This document shows, one piece after another, positions 1-13,086 of a DNA stretch of 64,000 bases (position 1 is the stretch's first letter; every line of letters starts with the position of its first letter). The stretch covers positions 64,976,001 through 65,040,000 of the forward strand of contig JANJGN010000017.1 of NCBI GenBank assembly GCA_026770705.1, read 5' to 3'. The translations under genes were made by a program, and so were the position numbers. Source of the stretch: Isurus oxyrinchus. Taxonomy: Eukaryota. The notes below the pieces were generated by a model. That model was not told where the DNA came from. It worked only from the letters and a program-made list of their open reading frames with translations, and searched no databases.

Positions 1-89
1 AAAAAAATACAAAGAAACTCTGGTGGGCTTAAAATTAAGATTTAAAATTGAAGTGCTGTTTCATACAATTGGTAATGGTAATCTCGGAC

Positions 90-268
90 TCAGTCCCAAA
101 CTGCTGTGAATGCTGGGTCAGTTGAAATTTTCAAGACTGATGTTGATAGATTTTTGTTAGATAAGCATATCAATTGATATGGAGTAAATGTTGGTACTAA
201 GATACAGATCTGCGAATAGCTAATGGAACAGGCTTGAGGGACTGAGTGGCCTGCTCCTTTTTCTATGG
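90..268 (+). mobile_element. CR1 LINE 3' end fragment
   Basis: tttcaagactgatgttgatagatttttg...gggactgagtggcctgctcc, similar to the CR1 tails at ~9300-9480 and ~33770-33950. Confidence 0.75.
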
Positions 269-929
269 AGCTGAAGGAGAATGCAAATGTAGGGCTCTAA
301 TGCTGTGAAGCAATTTATGTTGGAGAACAAGGGCCTGAATTTTACGGTGCCCTGAAATAAACTGTGATGACGTCCGGAGGTGTTCCTGACGTCATCATGC
401 GCATTGTGATATTACGCAGGGCAGGCATGCCCGAATGTCGGCAGCCTGTCCGATGTCAAACAAAGGGCCAATTGAGCCAATTAAAGGGGCAAAGCAATGC
501 AATTTTGAGAGGCCCGTACATTTTTACAGTGTGTGCACCCAGGAAAAAATGGGCAAGCGAGAATCACATATTTTATACTTTCCACATCCAGGGCAGGATA
601 TAAGGCTCAGGAGAAATGGAGGAGTGAAGAGGTAGGTGTGCACACGTTATTTGAAAGTCTTGGTATTTCTTATGTAAGTTAGGAGCATAAATCCTTATAC
701 AGGCTTTTACAGACTGGCCACATCATTAATCTACAACCTTTGCAAAGCAGGTGGTGAAAAATGGGGATTGTCATTTCAAGTGGACGCACTTTCTCAGATG
801 AGGAAGAGAGGGCAAGAAGGGAGAGGAGGCCAGCTGGCCGGAGACATCATCATTAAATCTGCCTGCAAGAGCAAGCAGCACAGCCTGAAGGAGTTGAAGG
901 TCAGCAAGGCTTGCCAGGGACAAAGGGCA

Positions 930-1975
930 GGAGGAGGTGCCAATACCCGGCTGGAAGAGCCTACAGGCTTAGATCCAGCTATCTTGACATTACAGGGTGC
1001 AGTGTAGAAGAAGGAGCTACCTCTCAAGGAAGACAGTAATCTTAATCTTGAGATGATAGGGCCTGCGATCGCATCCAACTGTGTAGTTGGGCATCCAGTG
1101 TCAGTGATGCTGAAAGTGACTGTCGTCCTCAATTTCTATGCCTCAAGTTCCTTCCTGGGTCCTGTTGGTAATCTGTGCGGAGTGTCACAATCCGCAGCAC
1201 ACAGCTGTATAAAGTTTGTGACGGACGCTATCTTAAGAAGGGTCAACACCTTCATACATTTCAAAACAGATGAGAATAGCCAGACAGAACATGCAAGAGG
1301 ATTTGCAGCTATTGCAGCTTCCCAAAGATTCAGGGAGCTATTGATTGCACCCGTGCGCCAAGGTACCTACTGGGGAGACGGGGACCTCGGTGAATCATAA
1401 GGCTTTCCATTCGCTCATGCCCAGCTAGTGTGCGATCACCAACAGTAGATCCTCCTGGTTTGTGCAAAGGTTCCTGAGAGTTGCCATGATTTGTATATTC
1501 CCCATCACTCCCAAATTCCAAGACTTTTCATCCCTGCTGCACACTTGGATGGCTTGCTGGTGGGGGATAAAGGATCTCCTCTGAAAAGTTGGCTGATGAT
1601 GCCAATCAGATATCCAAGAATGCCTGCCGAGGAGAGGTACAAATGAAGCCATGCCTCCGCATGGGCCATAATTGTGAGAGCAATAGGCCTCCTGAAAATG
1701 AGGTTCTGTTGCCTGGACCGGTCTGGAGGATCTCTTCAATATGCACCGGAGCGCATGTCACTCATTGTGGATGTGTGCTGTGCCCCATACAATCTGGCTG
1801 TCTCACAGGGAGATCAGATGAGGGTGAAGAGGGTGATGTGCTTCCACAATCTGTTGAGGAAGATTCCAGCACAGACTGTGAAGACAAACCTGCTCAGCCA
1901 CAGGGTCATGATGATGACCCAGCAATGAGAGCCAGGGAGACCAGGGACGTTTTGATTCAAAGGAGCTTCCAGTGG
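930..1975 (+). pseudogene. Harbinger (HARBI1-like DDE) transposase pseudogene
   Basis: Frameshifted pieces: LKVTVVLNFYASSSF, GAIDCT, ESCHDLYI, GDKGSPL, RAIGLLKMRFCCLDRSGGSLQYAP. Confidence 0.9.
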
Positions 1976-2262
1976 GCCTCCAAAGTCAACACTCCAAATC
2001 ATTGGAAAGATGCAGCTACGTTACTGCTCGGAGCTCATGAAGCTCCCCTGACAGCCTCTTTCTCTTGAGCCTCCTTCTGAAATAAACTATCATTCCCAAT
2101 CACTGTTTAGCTTTAAGTTGAAGGATTCCTATCTTACTGGCACAGAAAGCACAAGAACATGTGACATAAGGTTACATTTTAATACAGGACTGTCTGACAG
2201 CAAAATAAAATATGAGACAAGTAACAATGATAAAGATCCCATCTGTGATAGTTCTTTTGTGT

Positions 2263-4073
2263 TCATAGTGATTTCATGAACCGCTTCCGAGTGCTACGTC
2301 TGGATGCTCCTCTGTCACTGGCAGCTGCACTGGAATCTGGCTGCTGACTCTGATGCCCCTTTGACCTGGATGTCTTTGGTGGCCATCCTTTGGTCACCAG
2401 TACCTGTGAGGGCCCCGCTTGGGTGGGAGAGTCCTCCATGATGGCTGGACACCCCTCAGTCATTGTGGTTTCCTCAGACGCAACGAGCAGTGGCAGAAGT
2501 GTGGAGGAGCTGCTGAGAGGAGCCCCCAGATGCATGGAGCTGGAGGTCATCCATCAGCATGAGATTTGCTTGTACCTCCCTACTTGCCATAGATGGACAA
2601 GCAGCTAGCAGAGTCACTAGATGTCTCATCCATCTCTCAGACTGGCAATGGCTCACGGGTCTGAATGCTTCCCAAGAAACCCTTCATTGAGCTCCTGGAA
2701 CTGCTGCTCTATGACAGTCACCAGTCTTTCTACTGAGGATGTTTTGCATTCAGAACTAAGAGTCAACACGGTGCTCATACTCTGCATGGACTCCTTCATT
2801 GTACAAACCATGGCACACAAGCCCTCAGGAATCTCTGCCAGATCTCTACGTACATCCCACTGGACATCCAGTATCTGCTGCCTAATGGACAACTCCAGAG
2901 GCTCATCATCTGCCTGGGGCTCAGCATCATCCTGGTCTCCAGCCACCCTCCAAATGTCAGAGGGCTTGGAACTCTGTCTCAGACAGACCCTCCAGTGGAT
3001 GTGACGTACTTTCCCCAGTGTGTGAAACTATCTATGCCAGAGCACTCAAACCCACTGAAGTGCCCATATCTGAGGTGGTGCAAGGTGCAGAGAGAGGATG
3101 TGATGCTGGTGCATCTCGCTGTTCCTCCTCTTCCGATGTTAATGGAGGGCCTTCCGGATCATCAGCTGGTCGTGAAGCTGGTTCCCCTAATGGAGGAAAA
3201 GCAAGTGTAAGTATCCATGAGCATTTAAGATTCAGAGTAGGTGAATTCAGCTAAATTCTGCAATTGGACATAGCACTAATCAAGGATTTCCTTATGCAAG
3301 AACATAAAGGATTAGTGGATGTCACCTCACTGTCTTTCACCCATTACCCTCCATTTCTGAGACCCCGCCCTAATCTAATGTCTGTCCGCTTCACTTTTAC
3401 CCTCCTCTGAAACCCCAGACTCTCTGCAACCAGTGGATTTCGCTCCACACACATGCAAGATCCAAAATCTCCTCCTCCATTGAACTCAATGCTGCAAGAT
3501 TTGGCACTCCCCTACCAGTATGGCTTCACTCTAGGGCATTATGCTTCCTCTCCTCCTGTGAGGACAAGAGTGCATTCATGAGGCCCTCCTCGATATGCCA
3601 AAACATTGCATCCTCCTCCCAGGATCACTGGTTTAAGTGCCCAGCACATTGCAGGACTTACCCCTTCCAGACATGCCTGCCATCAAGTTTAGTCTCAGGC
3701 AGCCTTCCAAGGCACAGGACGATGTGCCGACTTTAGCTTGCCGCTTTACACCCTCCAGCCCCACCAAATGCAAGCCCACATGTAAACATTGAATCAGGAT
3801 AAAAGGGGCTTCATTTCTCACCCTTGCAGAGTGAAGGAGGTCATTCACCCTCTTCTGGCACTGCACCCAGGTCCTTCACACAACCCCCCAGCTGCTGACT
3901 TGTGTTGCCCCCTTGAGCCAAGCCTCATTGGTCAGAGGTGGAGATCTCCTCTTGCCATCACATGGCAGCAGTATCTCCTGGTGATCACTCACTGCCTGGA
4001 TGAGTGCCCACAGGTCATCTTCAGAGAAGCAAGGGGCTGCTTGGCTGTGGGCATTTCCAAGCCCTTCTTTCAT
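2263..4073 (-). pseudogene. Harbinger Myb/SANT-like DNA-binding protein pseudogene, 3 exons (~4073-3822, 3555-3401, 3186-2263)
   Basis: APCFSEDDLWALIQAV...AW...QCQKRVNDLLHSAR|gtgaga. Exon 2 is EERKHN..TGRGVP. Exon 3 is coiled-coil-like and ends RRSTRKR. Confidence 0.8.
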
Positions 4074-4419
4074 TGCTTGCAGCTCTAAATGACATTGCCT
4101 TATTCCTTGGCCAAGTTTCTCCTGTCTTTCAATATTGAAGGTAATATTTAAATTCCAGGGTCCGCAGCACTCTCTCCCAGAATTTCACTAACTTCACTTC
4201 TTTCTGCCTGACTGCAGCTGATTCAGTTAAGGCACCCGCTCTGTTCCCATTGGGACAGCTGAGTGAATGGTAAGTAACTGAGAGGGCACTTCACCAACAT
4301 TTTCAAACTTTAATTGAAAAATAGTCCTTGCAGCCAGCCCACCGACGTTGGGGTGGTGGGGGGCATGGTGAAGGTGTCATTTCAGATCCTGATGTGGCCC
4401 AGGAATCAGTGCATTGGGG

Positions 4420-4650
4420 AGGTGTGGAGCCAGTCGACATTGTGACTGGGGTTGTTAGATGAATGGGAGCAAATGCAGGATAGAATGAAGGCATGGTGAG
4501 GAGAATAATGGAGAAATCTAGCCAGGAGGTGGCAAAAAGCTTAGATGAGGGCCTCAGCAGTAACAGTGCTGCAGGTTCATGGACCTAGAGTGGCCTGCAG
4601 AATCGGTAATGTCATCAAACGTAAATAATTTAAATATTCTTCACGCATGG
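4420..4650 (-). mobile_element. L2 LINE ORF2 fragment
   Basis: Minus strand gctgaggccctcatctaagctttttgccacctcctggctagatttctcc resembles the L2 motif AEALIHAFVTSRLDYSN. Confidence 0.65.
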
Positions 4651-5374
4651 TTCTCAGAAGTGCAGAGGCCCAGGTGTGTGGGGAATGAGGACAGTGGGCT
4701 TTTGAAAAGCAACTGCCCTTATCAGAGTGCTATGTTTCCCTGTAAGCTGATTGTCCCTGGCAGGCTATACAACAGAGCTTAGAAAACTCCGCCCCTCACG
4801 TCCCCACAGCCTCTAATCACCGCAGATCCAATATGTGTGGAAGGGATAAACTTCTTTTTTCCTAATAATGTTGGATGCTTTGCTGCCTTCTCAAAACTAT
4901 TTGGTTGCTCTGCAGTCACCTGTTCTGAGCAGGTGAAATGTAATCTGGTGGTAGTGATGTACCTCAGATGATATTGTAATGCTGGAGAGTGTCTGTTTTT
5001 AAAGGTTGCCAGCAAACAACAAGAAAAATCTGCCCTGGTGACCAACTAACCAAACTGTACTACCTCACCCTACCATGAAGAACTCGCCCTCCATATTATT
5101 GGGAAGGAGATTGCAGAGGGAGAGTTGGTGGCTGCTTTTAGGGTAATGCGCATCCACCGACATTATTTTGTTCCTCTGGTCTGAGCTGAACCTGTATACT
5201 AATGGAGTGAAGGCCTTTCCTATGCATTTGCAACATGGGACAGCTGCTAGGGACCTTGATGGGTACAAGTTTGTCACCAATAAGGTTTTAGAGAAATCAA
5301 CCACCCAGTGAGTGGACAGAATTACCTCATTTTCATGGGGAAAGTGACCAAATTGTTGTGTCTGGGAAAACAAG

Positions 5375-5503
5375 GGCTGGAATTTTCCAGTCCCTCACAT
5401 CAGCGGTATCTTCCGGTCCCGCCAGTGTGAACAGAGATTTCAATGGGGGAAACCCACCGTGGTGGGGGTGGGGGAGAGGGCTGGGGGCTGGAAATTTCCA
5501 GCC
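5375..5503. mobile_element. Harbinger-type MITE (~130 bp)
   Basis: TIR ggctggaattttccag / ctggaaatttccagcc. TSD AAG. Confidence 0.85.
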
Positions 5504-7709
5504 AAGGCTTCTGTGGCTTTGTCAATGTATAAGTGATCTGAAGTCTGGGACATATTTAACCAGCAGTGGTTTGAAAGGATTTAGCCCCATGAACATTCTA
5601 TGAGGCTATTTTCATAGTAGGGCTATCTTGTGTATATGTCAAGGATCCTGGCAGACTCTGTCACATCCTCATTCATAAAGCAGAGACAGTGAAAGTAAGA
5701 CTTCTTAGAAGTCAGACCTGTAACAAGGTTCGTGAAAATCAGTTCTGGCCCAAATTCAAATGGATGCCGGGTGTCTAAATTGAAAGTGCAGCTGGCCTTC
5801 CTTCCCTGTGCCTGATCTTCACTTTCTTCTCCAAAGCTATATTGACCTGGCAGTGCCAATGCAATGCTCATGCTGAGCAATGTGCTTTGGGAGGGGATGG
5901 GCAGCTGATGGCAACAGCAATGATGTGGTTGGAGATCTGCACAAAAGAAGCCCTAGACTGCAGAAGGAACACAGAAAATACAAACTATTAAATGAGGAAT
6001 AATACAGAACCAGTTATGTGGCAATTCAAGTGAAGGACAAAGAACAAGTTCCAAAAATAGGTCAGCCCAATGAGCAGCAGGTAAGTTGCTGATCCAAGCA
6101 AGAAAGATTTGCAGAGTCCTGAGACATGAAGAGATGAGGAATTCATTGCAGGCCCTATTTAAATTATTTTTTTCTTAATTTTGGTTGCCATTGTAAGGTC
6201 CTTGTGTACTATGAGTGCAGCTTTAAATATTGCATAAGCGCTGTTGACCATCAAGCTTACCTACCCTGGTTCCACACTGCATGTGTAAGCCTAGCGTTGC
6301 ATAACATCCCTGATGTTTGACTAAGGAAGAGAGAAAGATAGTACATGAGTGCTGAAGACAGAGAATGACAGAAGATGAGTTTTGAAGCTGGGTTCCAGAT
6401 CAAGCAGGACATCTGTTTAATCTTGCTCACTTCATCTTGAGAAAGGGGGCAAAGAAATTTGGATAAGAAATGTTGGTTTTTACAGTGGAGTGCATTCAGC
6501 CTTCAATCCTGCTAATAGTACAGTGGAGAGAAGCTCTAATTTATTCAGAACTTTATACCATATACACAATGACAGTTATGAAGTTGAAAAGGATGGTAGA
6601 GATAGAGAGCTGGGTGTTGAAGACTTCTTAATGGCTGCATGTATCTACATTATTGACCCGGACGCTGTTGGCATTCTGTAAATTGTTTTGTGAGGACCTC
6701 CTTCCCTCTGATGTTAGACAAACTGGTTCATGTTTACAATTAGTAATTAGATTACTATCCCTCATCATCCAGTCATCAAATGCTTTCCGGGCATTATGGA
6801 ACTTGGGGGAGAGTAACAAAAGTGATTCCCAGTTTGTTGTTCATTTTCTAGAAGATTCTATGGCGATTCCAACTGGTCCAAGACCAAAGGGTATATTTAT
6901 GGGTAAATTTTGCCACTTTAAGCTCCCGCCATGGAGCTCTGTGTGCCAGGAGCCCTTATCGTTAATTCGGGTGGGCAGAGGTTGGTGTGCCCCATGTGAT
7001 TTTCCATCCAATTAATTCCTTTCTGCTGATATCTCCCAGCCAAACCCTAATATCTACTGCTGGCATAGGAGTACCTAAGCCGGCAGCGCACACTTATAAA
7101 ATCTATCCTTTAACTCCTTGATGTTTCCATTGTAAACACACAGCTGAAATTTGCTGCAAACCCTAAGTAGTAAGCTCCAAAGCTGTGTTTGAATTATTAC
7201 ATTAAGCTACATATTTTGCTCTATGTGTGATATAGTTGAGGCTTGAAGAAAACAGATAAAAATGTAATTACCAAGGGAGAGGACCAAACTGGTTATACCC
7301 TCCCTGCAAAGTTCCTGTTTGTTCATGGTTGATAATAGGAACTTGAGGATTTACAGGACTGGGAGTGATTGCTTCAAGCCATCTGGCCAGCATCTATGTT
7401 AAAAACAGTATATCCAGTTTGCTACCTATATCCTTCAATTGATTTTCTGGTCGAATAATTATTCAATTACCTCCCACAATTACTAATGTTTTCAGCTTTG
7501 GTGGTTGCCCTGGATAGTCCATTGAAAACAGTCACCAACCTCTATGTGAAATAATTAAGTTTCATGAGCCCATTAACCCACACCTTTCTGATCTCATGAT
7601 ACCAATGTTTTTTTGACACAATTATTGTTACTTCTACTGAAGAATAAAGGGAATATTTAACCCTTTGACTCTATATCATCTCATGAATTGCTGTTCACAT
7701 TCATTTTTG

Positions 7710-9487
7710 AACATGGTGTAGGAGTTAATGCATTACCATGGATAAAGGATTGGTTAGCTAACAGAAAGCAGAGAGTAGGGGCTGAATTTTTCCCCTATCG
7801 GAGAGGTTGTGCGGGGGTGGGCGGGAACGAGTGTGAACCTGATCGGCGCTTCTGATCAGATGTGTGCCACCATTTTACATGGGCGGGTCAATTAAGGTCT
7901 GCCCAGCGTGACACGTGCCCAGAAGCGCTGAGTGCTCCCTGTGAGGGCTGGGGGGTGGGGGGATTCCCTGAGTCGGGGCCTGCATTCTTTCGCACATGCA
8001 GGGGTACCTCAGGCAGATTAGTTTAAGTTCTGGAATATTTAATAAAGGTGAAAAAAAAATTTAAGGACATGCCCCCTCATGTGAAACTGTTACATGAGCT
8101 GGGACATGTCCATTAATTTTTTTAAAACTTTTTATTTAATTAATAAATCCTTCATGAAACCTCATCCCGCCTGTGGATGAGGTTTCATGAAAAACGCGAA
8201 GGCCGCCTGGGCTCTTTGCCTGCCCGCCAACCTTAAGGTTGGATGGGCAGCATTCTTAACAACTTTAATTACTTTGTTAATAGCCTTAATAGGCCTTTGA
8301 CTGTTTGGCGGGTGCGCAGCTGCGTCAGCTGCGCACTCGCCGAAATGGTAATCTGAATGATACGCGGTGACATCGGGACACACGCCCAACATCACCACGC
8401 GTCATTTTACGCGTCAGCAAGTGGGCCCCACCCCTGCTCGCCAACGGGAAAATTCTTCCACAGGAATAAATGCTTCTTTTTCAGGTTGGCAAGATGTATC
8501 TAGTGGAGTGTCACAGGGGACCTCAACTATTTACAGCCTAAATCAATGATTTGGATGAAGGGACCAAATGTATGGTTGCTAAATTTGCTGATGATGCCAA
8601 GATAGGTCAGAAAGTAAGCTGCCTAGAGGAAGTAGGGAGCCTGCAAAGGGATTCAGATGGTTAAATGAATGGGCAAAAATTTGGCAGATGGAATATAATG
8701 TGGGAAAATGTGAACATGTCCACTTTGGCTGGAAGAATAGGAAAGCAGCATATTATTTAAATGGAGAGAGATTGCAGAACATGGTAGTACAGAGGGATCA
8801 GGGTGTCCTGCCATGAATCACAACAAGTTAGTACGCAGGTACAGCCAGCGATTAGGAAGGCAAGTGGAATGTTGGTGTTTTTTGCAAGAGGAATGGAATA
8901 TAAAAGTGAGGAAGTTTTACTACAGCATTGATGAGACCACATCTGGAATACTGTGAATGGTTTTGGTCTCCATATTTGAAAAAAGATATAATTACGTTAT
9001 AGGTAGTTCAGAGAATGTTCATTCCTGGGATGAAGGTTTTATCCTATGAAGAAAGTCTTTCCAGGTTGGGCCTATACCCACTGGAGTTTAGAGAAATAAG
9101 AGGTGATCTTATTGGAGCATATAAGACCCTGAGGAGATTTGATAGGGGAGATATTTTCACTTGTGGGAGAGACTAGAACTAGGGGACACAGTTTAAGAAT
9201 AAGAGCTCTCCCTTTTAAGACTGATACGAGGGCAACTTTTATTTCTATGAGAGGGTCGTTTGTATGTAGAATTGTCTCCCCTGGAGAGCAATCGAGGCTG
9301 GGTCATTGAATTTATTCAAAAAAGCAAAATTAGACAGATTTTTGATGGAGAAGAGAGTCAAGGGTTATGGAGGCAGAGTGGAAATGAAATTGAGACCAGA
9401 ACCATCAGCCATGATCTTATTGAATGGCCGAGCAAGCTCAAAGGGCCAAAAGGCCTCCTTCTGCTCCTAAGTCATATAGTCCTATAG
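7710..9487 (+). mobile_element. CR1 LINE (RT to 3' end), interrupted by a MITE
   Basis: WIKDWLANRKQRV|GINASFSGWQDVSSGVSQG, KFADDAKIG, CR1 tail. Confidence 0.9.
7779..8460. mobile_element. Harbinger-type MITE (~680 bp) inserted in CR1
   Basis: gggctgaatttt...gaaaattcttcca. TSD TAG/CAG. Splits the CR1 QRV|GIN codons and is homologous to 47065-47756. Confidence 0.85.
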
Positions 9488-9934
9488 AGCAATACCTCTT
9501 CAGTACCTCTTGGTGCCAAGATCCTGACAGGAATGTGATGCAAACGCTTCATCAACTGAGAGGAAGAACTTAAAGCTGAAGCTTCCTGGGAATCTTTGAT
9601 CATTATTCCGCTTATACTAAAAAGCTGATATTCATCAGAGTGTGTTTTTGGTCTTTCCTCTTTTGTCCTTGACAAATCATCACCCTCTGGGTATACACTC
9701 AAGAGTTAAATACATGTCTTTGGCCACTGAATCATTTATGAATTAACTACGGTCTTTGATTTTTAAAAGTTTTGTTTTATGATCACAGGCAGTAAAAGAT
9801 GAAATTTAAAATAGTCACCATGAAGTATCATTAAAGAATAAATGTTTCCAAGACAGCAGGGAGCTTGCATTTAGATGCCAAATTCTCTGCTGTTTTTACT
9901 CATGTGGGTGTTCTAATCCAGAAAGCCCCACGGT

Positions 9935-10690
9935 AACGGATAGAACTGGAGTCAAACGTTACATAATTCCAAAAGTTTTTATTTATAGAGCTATGCGTCA
10001 TGAAACAAGCTTCCCTTAATACAACAACCCTAGGTTCAGTCTGTTCCTATTTACAAGATCACAAATGAATCCCCATTAATGTCCACCACCTGCATACAAT
10101 TATACACAATTACCATACAATTATGAGATTCCCCTTCCTCTTTTTAAATAAAACATAGACTTTATAGGTATAACCAAAATTCAAAGTAAATGAAATCAAA
10201 GATATCCATATTCTGTACAAAGCATTACATTGTGAGACACCCCTCCTTTCGGACCCCTAACAGTTTCTTTGTATATGATTTTCTTTTTATAAAACAATGC
10301 GACAATGGATGGCTTGCATCCACCAATTTAATTTTAGAGATTTCCTTTCTCTCCAGCCCTTGTTTCAAGCCAGCAAGGTCAATTCATAAACTTGTCTCAT
10401 TCACACTTGTGGCAGATTGTACAATATCCTACAATGAATGATTATCTACATAACACTCAATGGGTGTGCTAACTTCAGTACACCCATTGTATAGACTCTC
10501 ACTTAAATTTTTTAACCAATAGAATCCCATATCCACTGCCTCCACATGGGCCAATGTTTTGCAGTCAGACTACCTTTAACAATCCTTTTTACTTCCTCAC
10601 TTAAGCCAAACCACATTTCCCATTTTCACCCATTAGAAATATTCTGAAACCACCTCGAATAGAATACATATCAGAAAGATTAACATGCGA
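9935..10690 (-). mobile_element. Possible Gypsy LTR retrotransposon remnant
   Basis: PPT-like aaaaagaggaagggg on - (~10130-10145) followed by an LTR-like segment with AATAAA. Weak integrase Zn-finger-like WFGLSEEVKRIVKG. Confidence 0.4.
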
Positions 10691-12750
10691 ATCGTTGCTA
10701 AAATGACTAGCTTCAATTTCTTTGGGAGTCACCTAACAATGGAAATTTAATTATGCATTTATCAGATTTAATTTTTTTCAACCTTGAAACATTGACTTCA
10801 TCATAGTACTTAACTCCAATGCAAATACTTGGCTGAAAGCCCAGACAACCATTTCTCTTGTTGAAACAGCTGCACCCCAGAGAAAACATTGATTGACAGC
10901 TCTGACTCCCTGCATTCAATTTCACATTGTTTATTTACACAAGGTTAAGTGGATTCAAGGGCTTGTGGTTTTTGTTACTGATACTTTAAAAGGCCTAAAT
11001 GATACTTTTATTGCCTTGTAGTGAAATGATTTTTTTAACATAGTAGAAAGTTATGAATGAGTTATTTTTTTATATACACAAACGTTTTGTTTTATACACA
11101 TCCCAGTCACTATAAGGGTAATTTGTCCTACGCAGTGTATAGTGGGTCAATGGACATGAAAGTGCCATAGCTTGATATTGGGGGTATGAGGGGCTATGGG
11201 TAAGTGGGGTGTGGGGCATAGCTTGGCAGTGGAGTATGAGGGGCCATGTGGGGTGGGTGATGGGGCATAGCTTGGCATTGGTGGAATGAGGGGCCATGGT
11301 GGCATGGGTGGAGGTGCATAGCCTAGCATGGAGAGTGTGTGGGAGTATGAGGGCTGGAGGGCCTTTGTGCTTTTATTTTAACTGGGACGAAGTCCCACAG
11401 CTATAAGGCATGCCTTGTAAACAGCCTGTCTCAGCTTGTGGCAGCCCTTGTGCTGCCTCTGACCTCTTTCTTAAGTTGGCTGGCCCAACTGTAGACCGCA
11501 CCTGCTCCCTGCCTTTGCAGACACTTTTTCCCAAAGCAGTCTGGCTGAGCCGGGAATTTTCCTGAGTCCCACTGCCCACCTCGAGGATGAAAATTTGGGT
11601 CATAAAGTCCATTTCTTGTGGATGTCCTTTTGGTTTCGGGGAAAACTGTAGTAGGAAGACAAGTTAGTCCCCCCTCATCAACATAGCTGCATCCTCTGGG
11701 AATGTAATTCCTCCATGCCCCTCTCAAACATCTCCAAATATCCCTTGGCAATATAAAGGGAACTGAGACCTGGTATAAACTCCCAATGCCAGGCCCAATA
11801 AGTACTGAGACCATGTGCTCATGATTAAATGGAAGCTGGCTGTACAGAAACAAGCAGGATCAGTATTGATGGGAATGTGCTAATAGCATACTGCTGACTT
11901 AATGCCCACTTAGAGGCATTATTGGAAAATTGACCCCCTCAGAATCATTTCCTACCATTCAAGAAGTCAGTGACCTTGGTTGACATGTAACTTCACCACT
12001 TCCCTCTCTCCGCCAATCTACATCCCCTTCCCCCAGTACAGTGATGACCAGCTGGTGAATAGAGCTACACATTTGGCAACAGCATATTTTTATTCACACA
12101 ATTTTCTTTCCTGAGGAGTTACCATGGATCCTCCAAATCTCTGATTGACGCAGCTGATTTGACAGCTGCAACTATTTTTGTGCCAATTATTGGGGAATTG
12201 ATGTCCTTTTTAGATGCTTAGAAGCTCATCTATAGCAACTGTCTTATTTTTTGACACTCACATGAATAACTGAACAGCTAAAACTACACACAGCCCATAT
12301 TTGTAGTGGTCACTTATTGCTGCCATCTTGTACTCTATAGTGGAAAGCTGGTGAAGCTGTAAACAGCAGGTTGTCTGGGTAATGCTGGCTGGCTTAATGC
12401 CAGGATGCTTTCCAATATGAGAATGTGTTTATGGCTTCAAAAATGGAACATGCAACAGCACAGTATGTGAGCAGCCATTTATCACAATGATGGTGACCTG
12501 GAGATTTCTAATCCAGAACTGCCAAATGTTGTAACAATATTCACAGGTGTCAAAAGACCAGGTACCCTAATAATCCTGAGATATTTATTCGAACAGCATT
12601 ATGTTCTTTTTGTTTGCATGTCATTCTGAACCATTTATCTCCAATGTCTCAAATCCATGCTGACTATACCTGTATGTCTAGCTAACCTGATCTTGTTCAT
12701 TAGTGTGGTCAGATTTTACATCAGAGGTCAGGTGTCTCTTCTTTCTCAGT

Positions 12751-13086
12751 CAGGGGTGTACTGGTTTTATTCCTGGATTAATAATTCAGGGAGTGAGTTC
12801 AAATCCCACTGTGGCAATTTGTAAATTTGTATTCACTTCAAAATAATTTGAAAATGTTTCAAGAAGCAGTTGGATTGTTGTAAAAACCGAACTGGTTTAA
12901 CCAGTGACCTTTAGGGTCTGATCTTAGGCAGTCTGGCCTTTGTGACTCAGTCCCACACCGATGTGGTTGTCTTTTAACACGCCTCAGAAGTGGCCTGGCA
13001 AGCCACACATTTGTATCAAAGCAGGGGAAGTATGGATGGGCAATAAACACTGGCCTAGCCCACATCCTGGAATGAAAATTTAAAAA
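12751..13086 (+). mobile_element. tRNA-head SINE sharing both ends with the LINE at 48220-51451
   Basis: B-box-like gagttcaaatcc. The body aligns to the LINE 5' head up to gcaagccac..ttgta.caaa, then jumps to the LINE tail gatgggcaataaa..cccacatcc..gaatgaa. Confidence 0.8.

Larger units (their letters stand above)
331..4400 (+). mobile_element. Degenerate PIF/Harbinger DNA transposon, copy 1
   Basis: Left TIR-like gggcctgaatttt at 331. Transposase on + and Myb/SANT gene on -, convergent. Right TIR not found, so the end is approximate. Confidence 0.8.

Noticed and set aside
4779-7015. Short ORFs as a nested gene or endogenous viral fragment
   Set aside because: No recognisable motif in any frame, even after removing the 5375-5503 MITE. 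A tBLASTx search would be needed to revive this.
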